Shown here in pieces: positions 1 to 8,333 of a stretch of DNA of 27,832 bases. The notes under the pieces were generated by a model, which saw only the letters and a program-made list of their open reading frames with translations, was not told the origin of the DNA and ran no database searches. Both the position numbers and the translations under genes were made by a program. The DNA is from Chthonomonadales bacterium (lineage in GTDB: Bacteria; Armatimonadota; Chthonomonadetes; Chthonomonadales; Chthonomonadaceae): assembly GCA_038217285.1 (NCBI GenBank), contig JBBQPO010000047.1, forward strand, positions 1-27,832. Reading direction: 5' to 3'. The number at the start of each line of letters is the position of its first letter. The first letter of the stretch is position 1.

Positions 1-178
1 CAAAAACCGACTGACAATGAACCCGCTCAGCAATGCCGGGGCGTTCGGCAACGTCGGCTTGTAGTCTAAACGTCAATATACCTGTCGCCGATCCGTAATC
101 GAGGAACATTGCGGGCGTTAACAACGTTCCACAATCGACAATTCCGTCACATGGTTACCAATTCGGAGGGTGAACATA

Positions 179-1030
179 ATGGCTAACATAACTCCTGCGC
201 TCAAAGACGTGCAGTATCAAATAAAACAGACAGCCCATCAGGCGGCTCCCTGGGTGGAGCGCATGGCACGGTTTGGCTACGGGGCCAAGGGTGTCGTCTA
301 TATCGTGATCGGCATCCTCGCAACCTTAGCGGCCTTTACGGGTGGAGGCAAAACCACCAACAGCCAGGGAGCGCTGACGACCATATTTCAGCAGCCTTTC
401 GGGCAGTTTCTCCTGGCGATCGTAGGGATCGGCCTCGCCGGGTACGCCCTCTGGCGTTTCGTCGAAGCGGGCCTCGACTCAGAGAATAAAGGCCACGATG
501 CCAGGGGAATGGCCGTCCGCACCGGTTATGTCTGCAGTGGGCTCGCCTACGCCATGCTCTCGCTCACCGCGTTTCAACTGATCACAGGCAAGCCGCATAG
601 CAACGGCGTCAATGCGACCCAGGACTGGACAGCCAAGCTGCTCTCCGCGCCGTTTGGGCAGGGACTTGTCGGTCTGATCGGACTGGTGGTCATTGGGCTT
701 GGTATCGGTCAGTTCGTCAAAGGTTACAAGGCCGATTTCAACAAGCGTCTCAATATGGACAAAATTCCGCAGGCGTATCGGTCCTGGGCCGTGTTCAGCG
801 GACGGTGGGGTTATATGGCCCGTGGGGTCGTGTTCACCATTGTCGGCGGCTTTTTCGTCGACGCAGCGATGCATGCCAACCCGCAGCAGGCGAAAGGCAT
901 AGGCAGCGCCCTCGATCTCCTGGCAGAACAGCCGTATGGCCCCTTCCTGCTGGGTGTCGTCGCTATCGGCCTGGTCTCCTACGGGCTCTTCATGCTGGTA
1001 CAGGCGAAATACCGGCGCATCTCGATCTAG
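179..1030 (+). CDS. DUF1206 domain-containing multi-pass membrane protein
   Basis: Three internal repeats with the RxGYxAxG(V/L) pattern (ARFGYGAKGVVY, RTGYVCSGLAY, RWGYMARGVVF), each followed by PFG/PYG and a hydrophobic helix. GGAGGG (165-170) is 8 nt before ATG 179, favouring it over the GTG at 170. Confidence 0.85.
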   Translation: MANITPALKDVQYQIKQTAHQAAPWVERMARFGYGAKGVVYIVIGILATLAAFTGGGKTTNSQGALTTIFQQPFGQFLLAIVGIGLAGYALWRFVEAGLDSENKGHDARGMAVRTGYVCSGLAYAMLSLTAFQLITGKPHSNGVNATQDWTAKLLSAPFGQGLVGLIGLVVIGLGIGQFVKGYKADFNKRLNMDKIPQAYRSWAVFSGRWGYMARGVVFTIVGGFFVDAAMHANPQQAKGIGSALDLLAEQPYGPFLLGVVAIGLVSYGLFMLVQAKYRRISI

Positions 1031-1082
1031 ACGGTCGAACGGGCCTGGAAGTTGTCAGCGAACCAGGATGTAATAAGGAATT

Positions 1083-1117
1083 CGGGCCTCTGGGCGAAGT
1101 GCTCAGAGGCCCGTTTT
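1083..1117 (+). terminator. Intrinsic terminator hairpin between convergent DUF1206 and pepD genes
   Basis: CGGGCCTCTGGGC-GAAGT-GCTCAGAGGCCCG (13-bp stem with one G-U pair) followed by TTTT. Confidence 0.75.
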
Positions 1118-2604
1118 CACGCCGCCAACTCCCTTAAAAGCGATGTCAGACAGTCATAAAACGGAGCGATACTGGCGATGACGACGCGCTCATGGATGGT
1201 ATGAGCCCCCAGAATGTCCGGGCCGAAAGAGATCATCTGGAGTGTAGGCCGTTTGCCTTTGAAGACGCCGCACTCCAGCCCCGCATGCACCGCCATGACG
1301 TTGGGCGCATGTCCCAGCACGGCCTCGAACGTGCGCTCCGCCTGCCGCAGCAGTGGGTTGTCGGGATCCGCCGGCCACCCCGGATAGCCATCACTGCACA
1401 CGACGGCCGCGCTCGACTGTTCCAGTCTGTCCCGAACGCCGTCCTGGAACCCCGCAATCGCGCCCTCGCGAGAAGAGCGCGTTGAACATATAAGCCGAAC
1501 CGTCTGCGCGGAAGTCGAAACCACGGCGACGTTGTTGCTTGTCTCGACAAGGCCGGGAACGACCTCCGACCATTTCTGCACCCCGTGCGGCACCATCGCG
1601 ATAGCGCCGAGAAGCGCACGCGTCTGTGCAACGGAGATAGGGCGAAGCGTTGTCTCCAGGGCGCACTGCTCGCTCCGAAACCGTACGCTTCCTGCGGCTT
1701 CCGCGAGAGTCGAGACCGCTCGCGCCGTCTGGGCGGGACCAGCGAAGGCGGCTTCCAAAATCCCGGCCTGCGCCTCCGAAACCCATACGACGATCTCCGC
1801 ATCGCTGGGGATGACGTTGCGCGCCGAACCACCAGAAAACGACGCCAGCTTCCACGCCTCCTGCTCTCCCGTCGCCTTCAGAACCTCCTGTAACAGCATT
1901 AAAATGGCGTTGCCATTCGGCTGATGGATCTCGACGCCGCTGTGCCCGCCGGGCAGACCGGTCAGCGTCAGACGCAGCGGAATCTCCCCGGCTACAGGCT
2001 CGATGCGCTGCACCTGCCACTCCGCCGTCAGATCTCTCCCCCCGGCACAACTGACACAGATGTCGCCGAGTTCCTCTGTATCCAGATTGATCAGCAGGTC
2101 CGTACGGAGCAGAGCTGGATCGAGATCGCGCGCCCCGGTCAGCCCTGTCTCTTCGTCCATGGTGAACAGCAAATCGAGCGGTGGGCAGTCCGTCACGTCC
2201 CGGTCTACGGCAACCGCCATCGCCGCCGCCAGTCCGATGCCGTTGTCCGCGCCCAGCGTCGTCCCCTCCGCCATACAGACCTCGTTCGACTGGCCCTTGT
2301 CCTCCCACTGGGCGACCTTGAGACGGGTGGGGTCGCGCGTGAAATCGTGGAGGCTGCCGTCCGCCTTGACACAGACCATATCCATATGCGACTGAAGAGT
2401 GACCGGAGCAGCCTTCGCTCCCCTCCCCCTGCCCGGAACTGTCACAACACAGTTCCCTACCGTGTCTTCCGTATAACCGAAACCGTGTGTCCTCGTATAG
2501 TCTCGTATCCACGCCCGTACCCCGGCCTCGTTGGTCGAACCGCGCGGTATCTGGCAGAGTTCCTCGAAATATTTCCACACTCCACTCGGCTGCCTATCTA
2601 TCAT
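1117..2604 (-). CDS. pepD: Aminoacyl-histidine (beta-Ala-His) dipeptidase, peptidase M20C
   Basis: Motifs QSHMDMV, TTLGADNGIG, DEETGLTGA, NLDTEE, GGHSG, VETSNN, HAGLECG, GAHTIHE. 495 aa. AGGAG SD upstream. Confidence 0.92.
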   Translation of the reverse strand: MIDRQPSGVWKYFEELCQIPRGSTNEAGVRAWIRDYTRTHGFGYTEDTVGNCVVTVPGRGRGAKAAPVTLQSHMDMVCVKADGSLHDFTRDPTRLKVAQWEDKGQSNEVCMAEGTTLGADNGIGLAAAMAVAVDRDVTDCPPLDLLFTMDEETGLTGARDLDPALLRTDLLINLDTEELGDICVSCAGGRDLTAEWQVQRIEPVAGEIPLRLTLTGLPGGHSGVEIHQPNGNAILMLLQEVLKATGEQEAWKLASFSGGSARNVIPSDAEIVVWVSEAQAGILEAAFAGPAQTARAVSTLAEAAGSVRFRSEQCALETTLRPISVAQTRALLGAIAMVPHGVQKWSEVVPGLVETSNNVAVVSTSAQTVRLICSTRSSREGAIAGFQDGVRDRLEQSSAAVVCSDGYPGWPADPDNPLLRQAERTFEAVLGHAPNVMAVHAGLECGVFKGKRPTLQMISFGPDILGAHTIHERVVIASIAPFYDCLTSLLRELAA

Positions 2605-2641
2605 GCTTCTTCTCCTCAGCGTCCCTCGTTCCTAGAACGGG

Positions 2642-2669
2642 TTTGGACAGAGACCCGTCCGGTTCCTGC
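2642..2669 (-). promoter_or_regulatory. Putative sigmaH-like promoter for pepD (weak -10)
   Basis: Minus strand GCAGGAACC-N12-GTCCAAA, ending 38 nt upstream of the start codon. Confidence 0.35.
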
Positions 2670-2688
2670 TCATCCTACGGGCGTTCGT

Positions 2689-2715
2689 GCAGGAAATCGG
2701 GCCGAGGAAGCGAAA
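2689..2715 (+). promoter_or_regulatory. Putative sigmaH-like promoter for the VOC gene
   Basis: GCAGGAAAT-N11-AGCGAAA. Confidence 0.55.
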
Positions 2716-2785
2716 GAAGACGAGAAACCTCGTCAATCGGAACGCTCTGGGCAACACCGAACGAGACTGCCAACAGGAGACACGC

Positions 2786-3193
2786 GTGGATATACCAGTG
2801 GGAACAATACGGAGCATTTCGGAACTTGCCCTTTGGGTGAGCGACCTGGACCGGGCCATGGCCTTCTACATCGATCATCTCGGGTTCACGGTCGAGACAC
2901 ACGATCCGGGGAAGAACGCCTTCCTCAAGAGCGGTGATTTTCTGCTCGTGCTCTTTGTGCCGGAAAGCCCCGGAACCGCCCTCGCCACCGAATATCTGGC
3001 CCGTGTGGGCAGCCCGCAGGGCGCCGTCTATCATGTCGCCTTCCGGATAGAGCCAGATCACCTTGATACGACCGGCGAAACCCTGCGCGCCTGCGGCCTC
3101 AGCGTCTCGGGCCCGGTGAATTTCGGCACGGGCCGCCGCTCCTATTTCCTGGAAGACCCCGACCGGCACTACATCGAACTCACCGACCGCTAA
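2786..3193 (+). CDS. VOC (glyoxalase/bleomycin-resistance/dioxygenase) family protein
   Basis: ELALWVSDLDRAMAFYIDHLGF ... HVAF ... SYFLEDPDRHYIEL pattern. AGGAG (2775-2779) precedes the in-frame GTG at 2786. Confidence 0.85.
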   Translation: MDIPVGTIRSISELALWVSDLDRAMAFYIDHLGFTVETHDPGKNAFLKSGDFLLVLFVPESPGTALATEYLARVGSPQGAVYHVAFRIEPDHLDTTGETLRACGLSVSGPVNFGTGRRSYFLEDPDRHYIELTDR

Positions 3194-3228
3194 GTAGCCG
3201 GACATAGTTCCCTCGTAATTTCTATTAT

Positions 3229-3333
3229 CGGGGTTAAAACCCCGCGCTGACTGGGGAAGTCCGCCTTCGCGGACTCAATGCATTCGAGTCCGCGAAGGCG
3301 GACTTCCCATATCAGAACGGCAATTCATTGCCG
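3229..3333. repeat. REP/REPIN-like inverted doublet (family A): perfect 23-bp inverted repeat with nested and flanking hairpins
   Basis: GGGAAGTCCGCCTTCGCGGACTC (3254-3276) / 9-nt loop / GAGTCCGCGAAGGCGGACTTCCC (3286-3308). Outer 16-nt hairpins at 3229-3244 and 3318-3333. Confidence 0.8.
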
Positions 3334-3366
3334 GGAAAAGTGCGGATGAATTACGTCCGACCGTTA

Positions 3367-3394
3367 GCAGGAATCCGAGCTGTTTCCACGCAAT
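3367..3394 (+). promoter_or_regulatory. Putative sigmaH-like promoter for Gfo/Idh/MocA gene 1
   Basis: GCAGGAATC-N12-ACGCAAT, 33 nt before ATG 3427. Confidence 0.45.
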
Positions 3395-3426
3395 GTGACA
3401 GCAGATTCTACCGAGAGGGCAACCAC

Positions 3427-4719
3427 ATGACATCACACTCCAATCGACGCAGATTTCTCCGCCAGTCGTTTCTGGCCGGGGCCGGCTTCTGGCTCGCGAC
3501 AGACGCCACGATGGCGCACGCTTATCGCGCCAATGAAAAGCTTAACCTGGGCGTTGTCGGCGTGTCGGGGCGCGGTGGCGACAACCTGCACGAGGTCGCA
3601 GGCCAGAATATCGTGGCGCTCTGCGACATCGACGACAACAACCTGGCAGGCGCGGTGAAGCAGTTTCCCGAGGCCAAAACCTACAACGATTTCCGCAAGA
3701 TGCTCGAACAGAAGGAGATCGATGCCGTCGTGGTCAGCACACCCGACCATACACACGCCGTGATCGCGTCGGCGGCGCTTCAGGCCGGCAAGCATGTCTA
3801 CTGCGAGAAGCCACTGGCGCACTCTGTCTGGGAAGTGCGGCATCTGACGGAGTTGGCAAGGAAGCAGAAGCGCGTCACGCAGATGGGCACGCAGATCCAT
3901 GCAGGCTCGAACTATCGGCGGGTGGTCGAGGTGATTCGCAGCGGCGCGATCGGGGATATCAGCGAGGTGCATGTCTGGGCGGATCGTGTCTGGTCCGGCA
4001 ACGGGCGTCCACCCGAGACACCCCCAGCGCCTGCAAATATCCACTGGGATCTGTGGCTCGGTCCTGCGCCCGAGCGACCCTATAACCCGGCCTATCTCCC
4101 GGCCACCTGGCGCGGTTTCTGGGAGTTCGGCAACGGCACACTCGGCGATATGGCCTGTCATCACATGGACCTGCCGTTCTGGGCGCTGGAGCTCGGCGCT
4201 CCGACGACTGTCCGCGCCGAAGGCCCTGAAGTCAACCTGGAGACGACGCCCGCCTGGCTTATCACGCATTATGAGTTCGCGGCGGCCAATGGCAGGTCGC
4301 CGCTGACCCTGCACTGGTACAACGGCGGGAAACGTCCGCCCCAGTTTGCAGAGAACCTTCTGCCTGCCTGGGGCGACGGCACCCTTTTTGTGGGCAGCAA
4401 AGGCATGCTGCTGGCGGACTACGGACGCTATGTGCTCCTCCCGGAAAAGGATTTCAGCGGCTATACGCCGCCAGCGCCGACGATCCCCGACTCCATCGGC
4501 CACCACGCCGAGTGGATTGCGGCCTGCCTGTCGGGTGGACCCACCACCTGCAACTTCGACTACTCCGGCAATCTCTCCGAGGCGGTTTTGCTCGGCTGCG
4601 TGGCCTACCGCACCGGGCAGACGATCGAGTGGGACCCCAAACATCTGAGAGCCAGGCACTGCAAGGCGGCGGATGCGATCTTGAAGCCGCATTTCCGACA
4701 CGGCTGGAAGCTGGCCTGA
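3427..4719 (+). CDS. Gfo/Idh/MocA family NAD(P)-dependent oxidoreductase with twin-arginine signal peptide
   Basis: SNRRRFL with a hydrophobic stretch and AHA cleavage site. Rossmann GVVGVSGRG, STPDHTH, YCEKP, QMGTQ, WLGPAP, GDMACHHMD. ATG 3427 preferred over TTG 3328, which lies inside the repeat. Confidence 0.9.
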   Translation: MTSHSNRRRFLRQSFLAGAGFWLATDATMAHAYRANEKLNLGVVGVSGRGGDNLHEVAGQNIVALCDIDDNNLAGAVKQFPEAKTYNDFRKMLEQKEIDAVVVSTPDHTHAVIASAALQAGKHVYCEKPLAHSVWEVRHLTELARKQKRVTQMGTQIHAGSNYRRVVEVIRSGAIGDISEVHVWADRVWSGNGRPPETPPAPANIHWDLWLGPAPERPYNPAYLPATWRGFWEFGNGTLGDMACHHMDLPFWALELGAPTTVRAEGPEVNLETTPAWLITHYEFAAANGRSPLTLHWYNGGKRPPQFAENLLPAWGDGTLFVGSKGMLLADYGRYVLLPEKDFSGYTPPAPTIPDSIGHHAEWIAACLSGGPTTCNFDYSGNLSEAVLLGCVAYRTGQTIEWDPKHLRARHCKAADAILKPHFRHGWKLA

Positions 4720-4777
4720 ACGGTTTGCCTCCCCTCTGCGTAGAATAGGGACGAACAACCTGCGGGAGGAGACGAAA

Positions 4778-5572
4778 GTGGTTTTTGCCTGGTTTGCCGA
4801 ACATCGGCGTGAGGAGTTACGCGAACAGCCGTTTCCGGAGGAGTGGCTCGCCTATCTGGAGAAGAACGTCGGTCACTATCCCTACCTGTCGGAGAGCGAG
4901 CAGGCGACGCTGCGCGACGATCTGCGTATCCTGCTCAAGGAGAAGACCTGGGAGGGCGGCGGGGGCCTGAAACTTACCGAAGAGATGCAGGTGACCATCG
5001 CCGCCGAAGCGAGCCTGCTGCTGCTGGGACTGGAACACGAATACTATCCCAATGTCGATTCTATCGTGGTCTATCCGCAGGACTATGTCGCTCTGGCGCG
5101 AACACGGGACCCAAGCGGCGTGGTGGACGAGTACGGCAGCACACGTCTGGGAGAGGCCTGGGACACCGGCCCGGTCGTGCTCTCCTGGTCGGATGCGCGT
5201 TCCGGCAGTCTCAACCCGACCGACGGCCACAACGTCGTGCTGCACGAGTTCGCCCATAAGCTCGATATGCGCGATGGTGCGGCGGACGGCGTCCCGAAAC
5301 TGGAGGACGACACGCAGTATGAGTCGTGGGCCGAAGTGATGAGCAAGGAGTTTGCGGAGCTGGTCGCGCAGACCGAAAAGGGCCACAAATCTCTGCTCGA
5401 CTCCTATGGCGCCACCAACCCGGCGGAATTCTTCGCCGTCGCGACCGAGTGTTTCTTCGAGAAGTCGGTTCTGCTGGCAGAGCGTCACCCGCGCCTGTAC
5501 GCCGTCCTGCGCGATTTCTATCATCAAGACACCGCCAAACGCATGGGTGCTCGACAACCCGAAGCGACCTGA
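4778..5572 (+). CDS. mtfA: Zinc-dependent peptidase, MtfA / peptidase M90 family
   Basis: IVVYP, GEAW..GPVVLSW, DGHNVVLHEFAHKLD, LDSYGATNPAEFFAVATECFFE. GGGAGG SD before GTG. Confidence 0.85.
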   Translation: MVFAWFAEHRREELREQPFPEEWLAYLEKNVGHYPYLSESEQATLRDDLRILLKEKTWEGGGGLKLTEEMQVTIAAEASLLLLGLEHEYYPNVDSIVVYPQDYVALARTRDPSGVVDEYGSTRLGEAWDTGPVVLSWSDARSGSLNPTDGHNVVLHEFAHKLDMRDGAADGVPKLEDDTQYESWAEVMSKEFAELVAQTEKGHKSLLDSYGATNPAEFFAVATECFFEKSVLLAERHPRLYAVLRDFYHQDTAKRMGARQPEAT

Positions 5573-5592
5573 CATTCCTGCCGAACACCTCG

Positions 5593-5641
5593 CACGTTGA
5601 CGCGGCCGAAGGCATGGTTCTCTCACTGTCGCGTCAACGTG
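5593..5641. terminator. Hairpin between convergent mtfA and GH51 genes (possible bidirectional terminator or RNA-stability element)
   Basis: CACGTTGACGCG (5593-5604) and CGCGTCAACGTG (5630-5641) form a perfect 12-bp inverted repeat. No U-tract on either strand. Confidence 0.5.
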
Positions 5642-5659
5642 GGGCCTCACCCCTGCTTC

Positions 5660-8107
5660 TCAGCGTGCTTTGAGGCGGAGAACGCTGGCGGAGTAAGGCG
5701 GAAAGGTGTGCGAGAAGACAGGTTTCTTCGTCTTCAGGCGCACGGTTTCAGGCGCGATCTTCGTCGGCGCCTCGACGGAGTTTACGTCGCCGGGCTGGCC
5801 TGCCAGCACAATCGCTTTTCCGCCCTCTACCTTCTGCACACCCTGCAGGTCGATCTCCAGCGCCTGTGGGGTTCCCGAGACGTTGACCACCTTCAGAATC
5901 ACATCGCCGGTCTTCGCCTCTCGGCTGGCAGTGGCGTAGAGAGGATCAGGCGCAGGAGACGGCGTATCGACGGCCTCGGTGATCAGTTTGTCATCGAGGA
6001 AGCAGCGAATACTCTTGCCCTGTACCTCGATACGCAGATCGTACCAGCGGCCCGTCTCAACGGCCATACTGGTGACGTTGCCGATCTCGGCCTTTACGCC
6101 GCTGGTTGCGCGCTCCAGGATGGTGCGAGTGTTGCCCCAGCCGCCAACATTCCACCAGACGAAGTTGTCGCTGTCCTGCACATGGAACAGAACCAGAAAG
6201 CCTTCGCGACCCCCGAGCTTGCGTGCTTTCACGCGATAGGTATAGTCTGTCCACTGCGGATCTCCGACGACCGCGCGGGAGTCCTCGGTATTGCCGGACT
6301 GGCGCAGCACACCGTCCTGCACGGTCCAGGTTCCCGACCCCTTCTTCCAGTCTGCAAGGCCCGCCGTGAAGTCGTGCCGATAGAGCGTCTGTGCACCTTG
6401 CGTCACCTGGACGTCTTTGTACTCGGCCTGCGTGATCCATGTGCCGACCCCGATTCCACCCCTCGGCACGAAGGCGACGGTCGGCGCAATCGACTGCGGC
6501 ACGATCTCGACCGGCAGCACGACATCGCCGCGATTGGTTCCGAACATCTTCTGCACATAGTAGGAAGGCGAACCGAAACTGTGGAGCGCATCGTAGCCGA
6601 TAAGGTTGGTGCCCCACTGCCGCGCCCCGCGATTAACATTTACCAGCAGCGGCGCGTAGCATTCGATCGGCACGATGTCGGAGTTGCGTTCGAGGCCGGT
6701 GAGCCAGGCGGCATCGCCGAGGGCCGCCTGAAGCGTCGGAGTCGGGCTTCCCTCCGTCGATGCCCACTCGCCGACGAATATCTTCGGTCCCTTGCGATCG
6801 GTGTGGTCGTAGTGGTGGGCATCGCGCTCCATGGCGCGCGCCGAACGGTAGTAGTGGTCGTCGATCACGTCCGGACGGCGGCTTTTGACCGCGGTCGTAG
6901 CGATCAGCTGTAGAGCCGGGTATTTCGCCTTGATGGCGTCGAAGAACTGGGTGAAGCGGCCGTCGTAGCTGCCGGAGCGGTCGAACTCGTCTTCATTTCC
7001 AATCTCGACGTATTGCAGAGGGAACGGAGCAGGATGGCCGTCCTTCGCGCGTTGCGCTCCCCAGGGCATCGTCGTGTCACCGGTCAGGTATTCGATCTCA
7101 TCCAGCGCATCCTGTACGAAGGGCGTCAACTGCGGGCCTGCGGCGATATGTTCCCCCTGCAACGCGTATCCGGCGAAGACCGCCAGAATGGGTTCCATAT
7201 GCAGGTCCTGGCACCACTCCAGATACTCCAGCAGGCCGAGGCCATCGGTCGAACGATAACCCCACGGGCAGAGATGACCGGGCCGCTGCGCTGGGCTGCC
7301 CAGCGTCTGCTTCCAGTCGAACCGCTCGGCAATCGTGTTGCCTTCCAGGTAGTTGCCGCCGGGCAGGCGCAGAAAGGCAGGCTGCATCGCGCCCATCAAC
7401 TTCATCAGGTCCGGCCGGGTCCCATTCGCGCGCCTATGATAGGTGGGTGGGAAGAGCGACACCATGCTGAACCAGACCGTTCCGGGACCGTTCACCGATA
7501 GAATGAACCGGTTGGTCGTGGAGGGGATCGCATCGCCGCCGGTCTTCAAAACGACCGAAACCCGCTTCCACGCAGAGGTCAGGCCGGAAACAGAGGCGTG
7601 TGCAAAGACGGTCGTGCCGTCACTGCTCTCGATACCGACTCTCAGCGGGCCATGAAAATCGGGAGCGCACCTCGCATAGAACGACGCGCGATACCGCGTA
7701 TTCGGCTTGACCGGGATCCCCCAGTAGCCGTCGTTCGCGATCCCCGCCCGTCCGCTCGCCCCGACCGCCGTCAGCTTCAGCGCAGTGGGCAACGCGGCGT
7801 TCACGGGCTGCGAACTATCGAGGACAGCCGACCCCGTCAGCGCGCCTTCCTGCACGACAGACCAGTGCACCGCCTGCGTCGGGTTGTCTTTGAAGGCTCG
7901 GTTCTGTATCAGCTCGGCGTAGAGGCCGCCATCGTACGCATGATTGATCTCTTCGGTCATCAGACCGTAGAACATCGGGCTGATCTTGACTCCCGGCCGA
8001 TCTACTCCGACCGTGAGCCTGCCCCGTTGGGCGCCAGCGTTGTGGGTCAGAGCGACAGCAAGAAGCGCCAGAATGAGGCGAACGCCTCCGGCAAGTGAGA
8101 TTCGCAT
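5660..8107 (-). CDS. Secreted alpha-L-arabinofuranosidase (GH51) with N-terminal CBM4/9-like domain and an inserted ConA/LamG-like beta-sandwich
   Basis: Signal peptide (MRISLAGGVRLILALLAVAL..AGA). Motifs EEINHAYDGGLYAELIQNR, RLPGGN, VEIGNE (acid/base), DDHYY, FVGEW (nucleophile), LERNSD, CYAPL, PSYYVQKMF. Start ATG 8107 follows AAAGGAA. Confidence 0.9.
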   Translation of the reverse strand: MRISLAGGVRLILALLAVALTHNAGAQRGRLTVGVDRPGVKISPMFYGLMTEEINHAYDGGLYAELIQNRAFKDNPTQAVHWSVVQEGALTGSAVLDSSQPVNAALPTALKLTAVGASGRAGIANDGYWGIPVKPNTRYRASFYARCAPDFHGPLRVGIESSDGTTVFAHASVSGLTSAWKRVSVVLKTGGDAIPSTTNRFILSVNGPGTVWFSMVSLFPPTYHRRANGTRPDLMKLMGAMQPAFLRLPGGNYLEGNTIAERFDWKQTLGSPAQRPGHLCPWGYRSTDGLGLLEYLEWCQDLHMEPILAVFAGYALQGEHIAAGPQLTPFVQDALDEIEYLTGDTTMPWGAQRAKDGHPAPFPLQYVEIGNEDEFDRSGSYDGRFTQFFDAIKAKYPALQLIATTAVKSRRPDVIDDHYYRSARAMERDAHHYDHTDRKGPKIFVGEWASTEGSPTPTLQAALGDAAWLTGLERNSDIVPIECYAPLLVNVNRGARQWGTNLIGYDALHSFGSPSYYVQKMFGTNRGDVVLPVEIVPQSIAPTVAFVPRGGIGVGTWITQAEYKDVQVTQGAQTLYRHDFTAGLADWKKGSGTWTVQDGVLRQSGNTEDSRAVVGDPQWTDYTYRVKARKLGGREGFLVLFHVQDSDNFVWWNVGGWGNTRTILERATSGVKAEIGNVTSMAVETGRWYDLRIEVQGKSIRCFLDDKLITEAVDTPSPAPDPLYATASREAKTGDVILKVVNVSGTPQALEIDLQGVQKVEGGKAIVLAGQPGDVNSVEAPTKIAPETVRLKTKKPVFSHTFPPYSASVLRLKAR

Positions 8108-8151
8108 AGGATCATGGTTCCTTTTTTTTGGCTCGACAGGATGAGATCTGT

Positions 8152-8179
8152 GTTCGCTAAAAATGGCGCAAAATCCTGC
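8152..8179 (-). promoter_or_regulatory. Putative sigmaH-like promoter for GH51
   Basis: Minus strand GCAGGATTT-N12-AGCGAAC, 45 nt upstream of the start. Confidence 0.55.
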
Positions 8180-8252
8180 CGACAAAAACAGGAACAGCAA
8201 GACCAGACAACCTCTTCCGACGACCAGAGGCGCCCATCGTCAAGCGCAGACA

Positions 8253-8280
8253 GGAGGAAAAACGCCTGTCTGTGCCGAAC
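8253..8280 (+). promoter_or_regulatory. Putative sigmaH-like promoter for the DUF3500 gene
   Basis: GGAGGAAAA-N12-GCCGAAC, 54 nt upstream of ATG 8334, overlapped by an inverted repeat (8244-8275). Confidence 0.5.
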
Positions 8281-8333
8281 GACGGAACAGATTTCCACGG
8301 CGGACAGGCGCCCCACCGGGTGCAGGAGAGAGT

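Noticed and set aside
100-130. CGAGGAACA box and inverted repeat GGAACATTG-N10-CAACGTTCC upstream of DUF1206
   Set aside because: There is no proper GAA -10 element at the expected spacing and the 8/9-bp repeat is too short to support alone, so it was not counted as a motif instance.
2605-2785. Riboswitch in the pepD/VOC intergenic region
   Set aside because: Hairpins are present but I could not match the conserved cores of SAM, cobalamin, TPP, FMN, glycine or c-di-GMP riboswitches. An Rfam/Infernal scan would be decisive.
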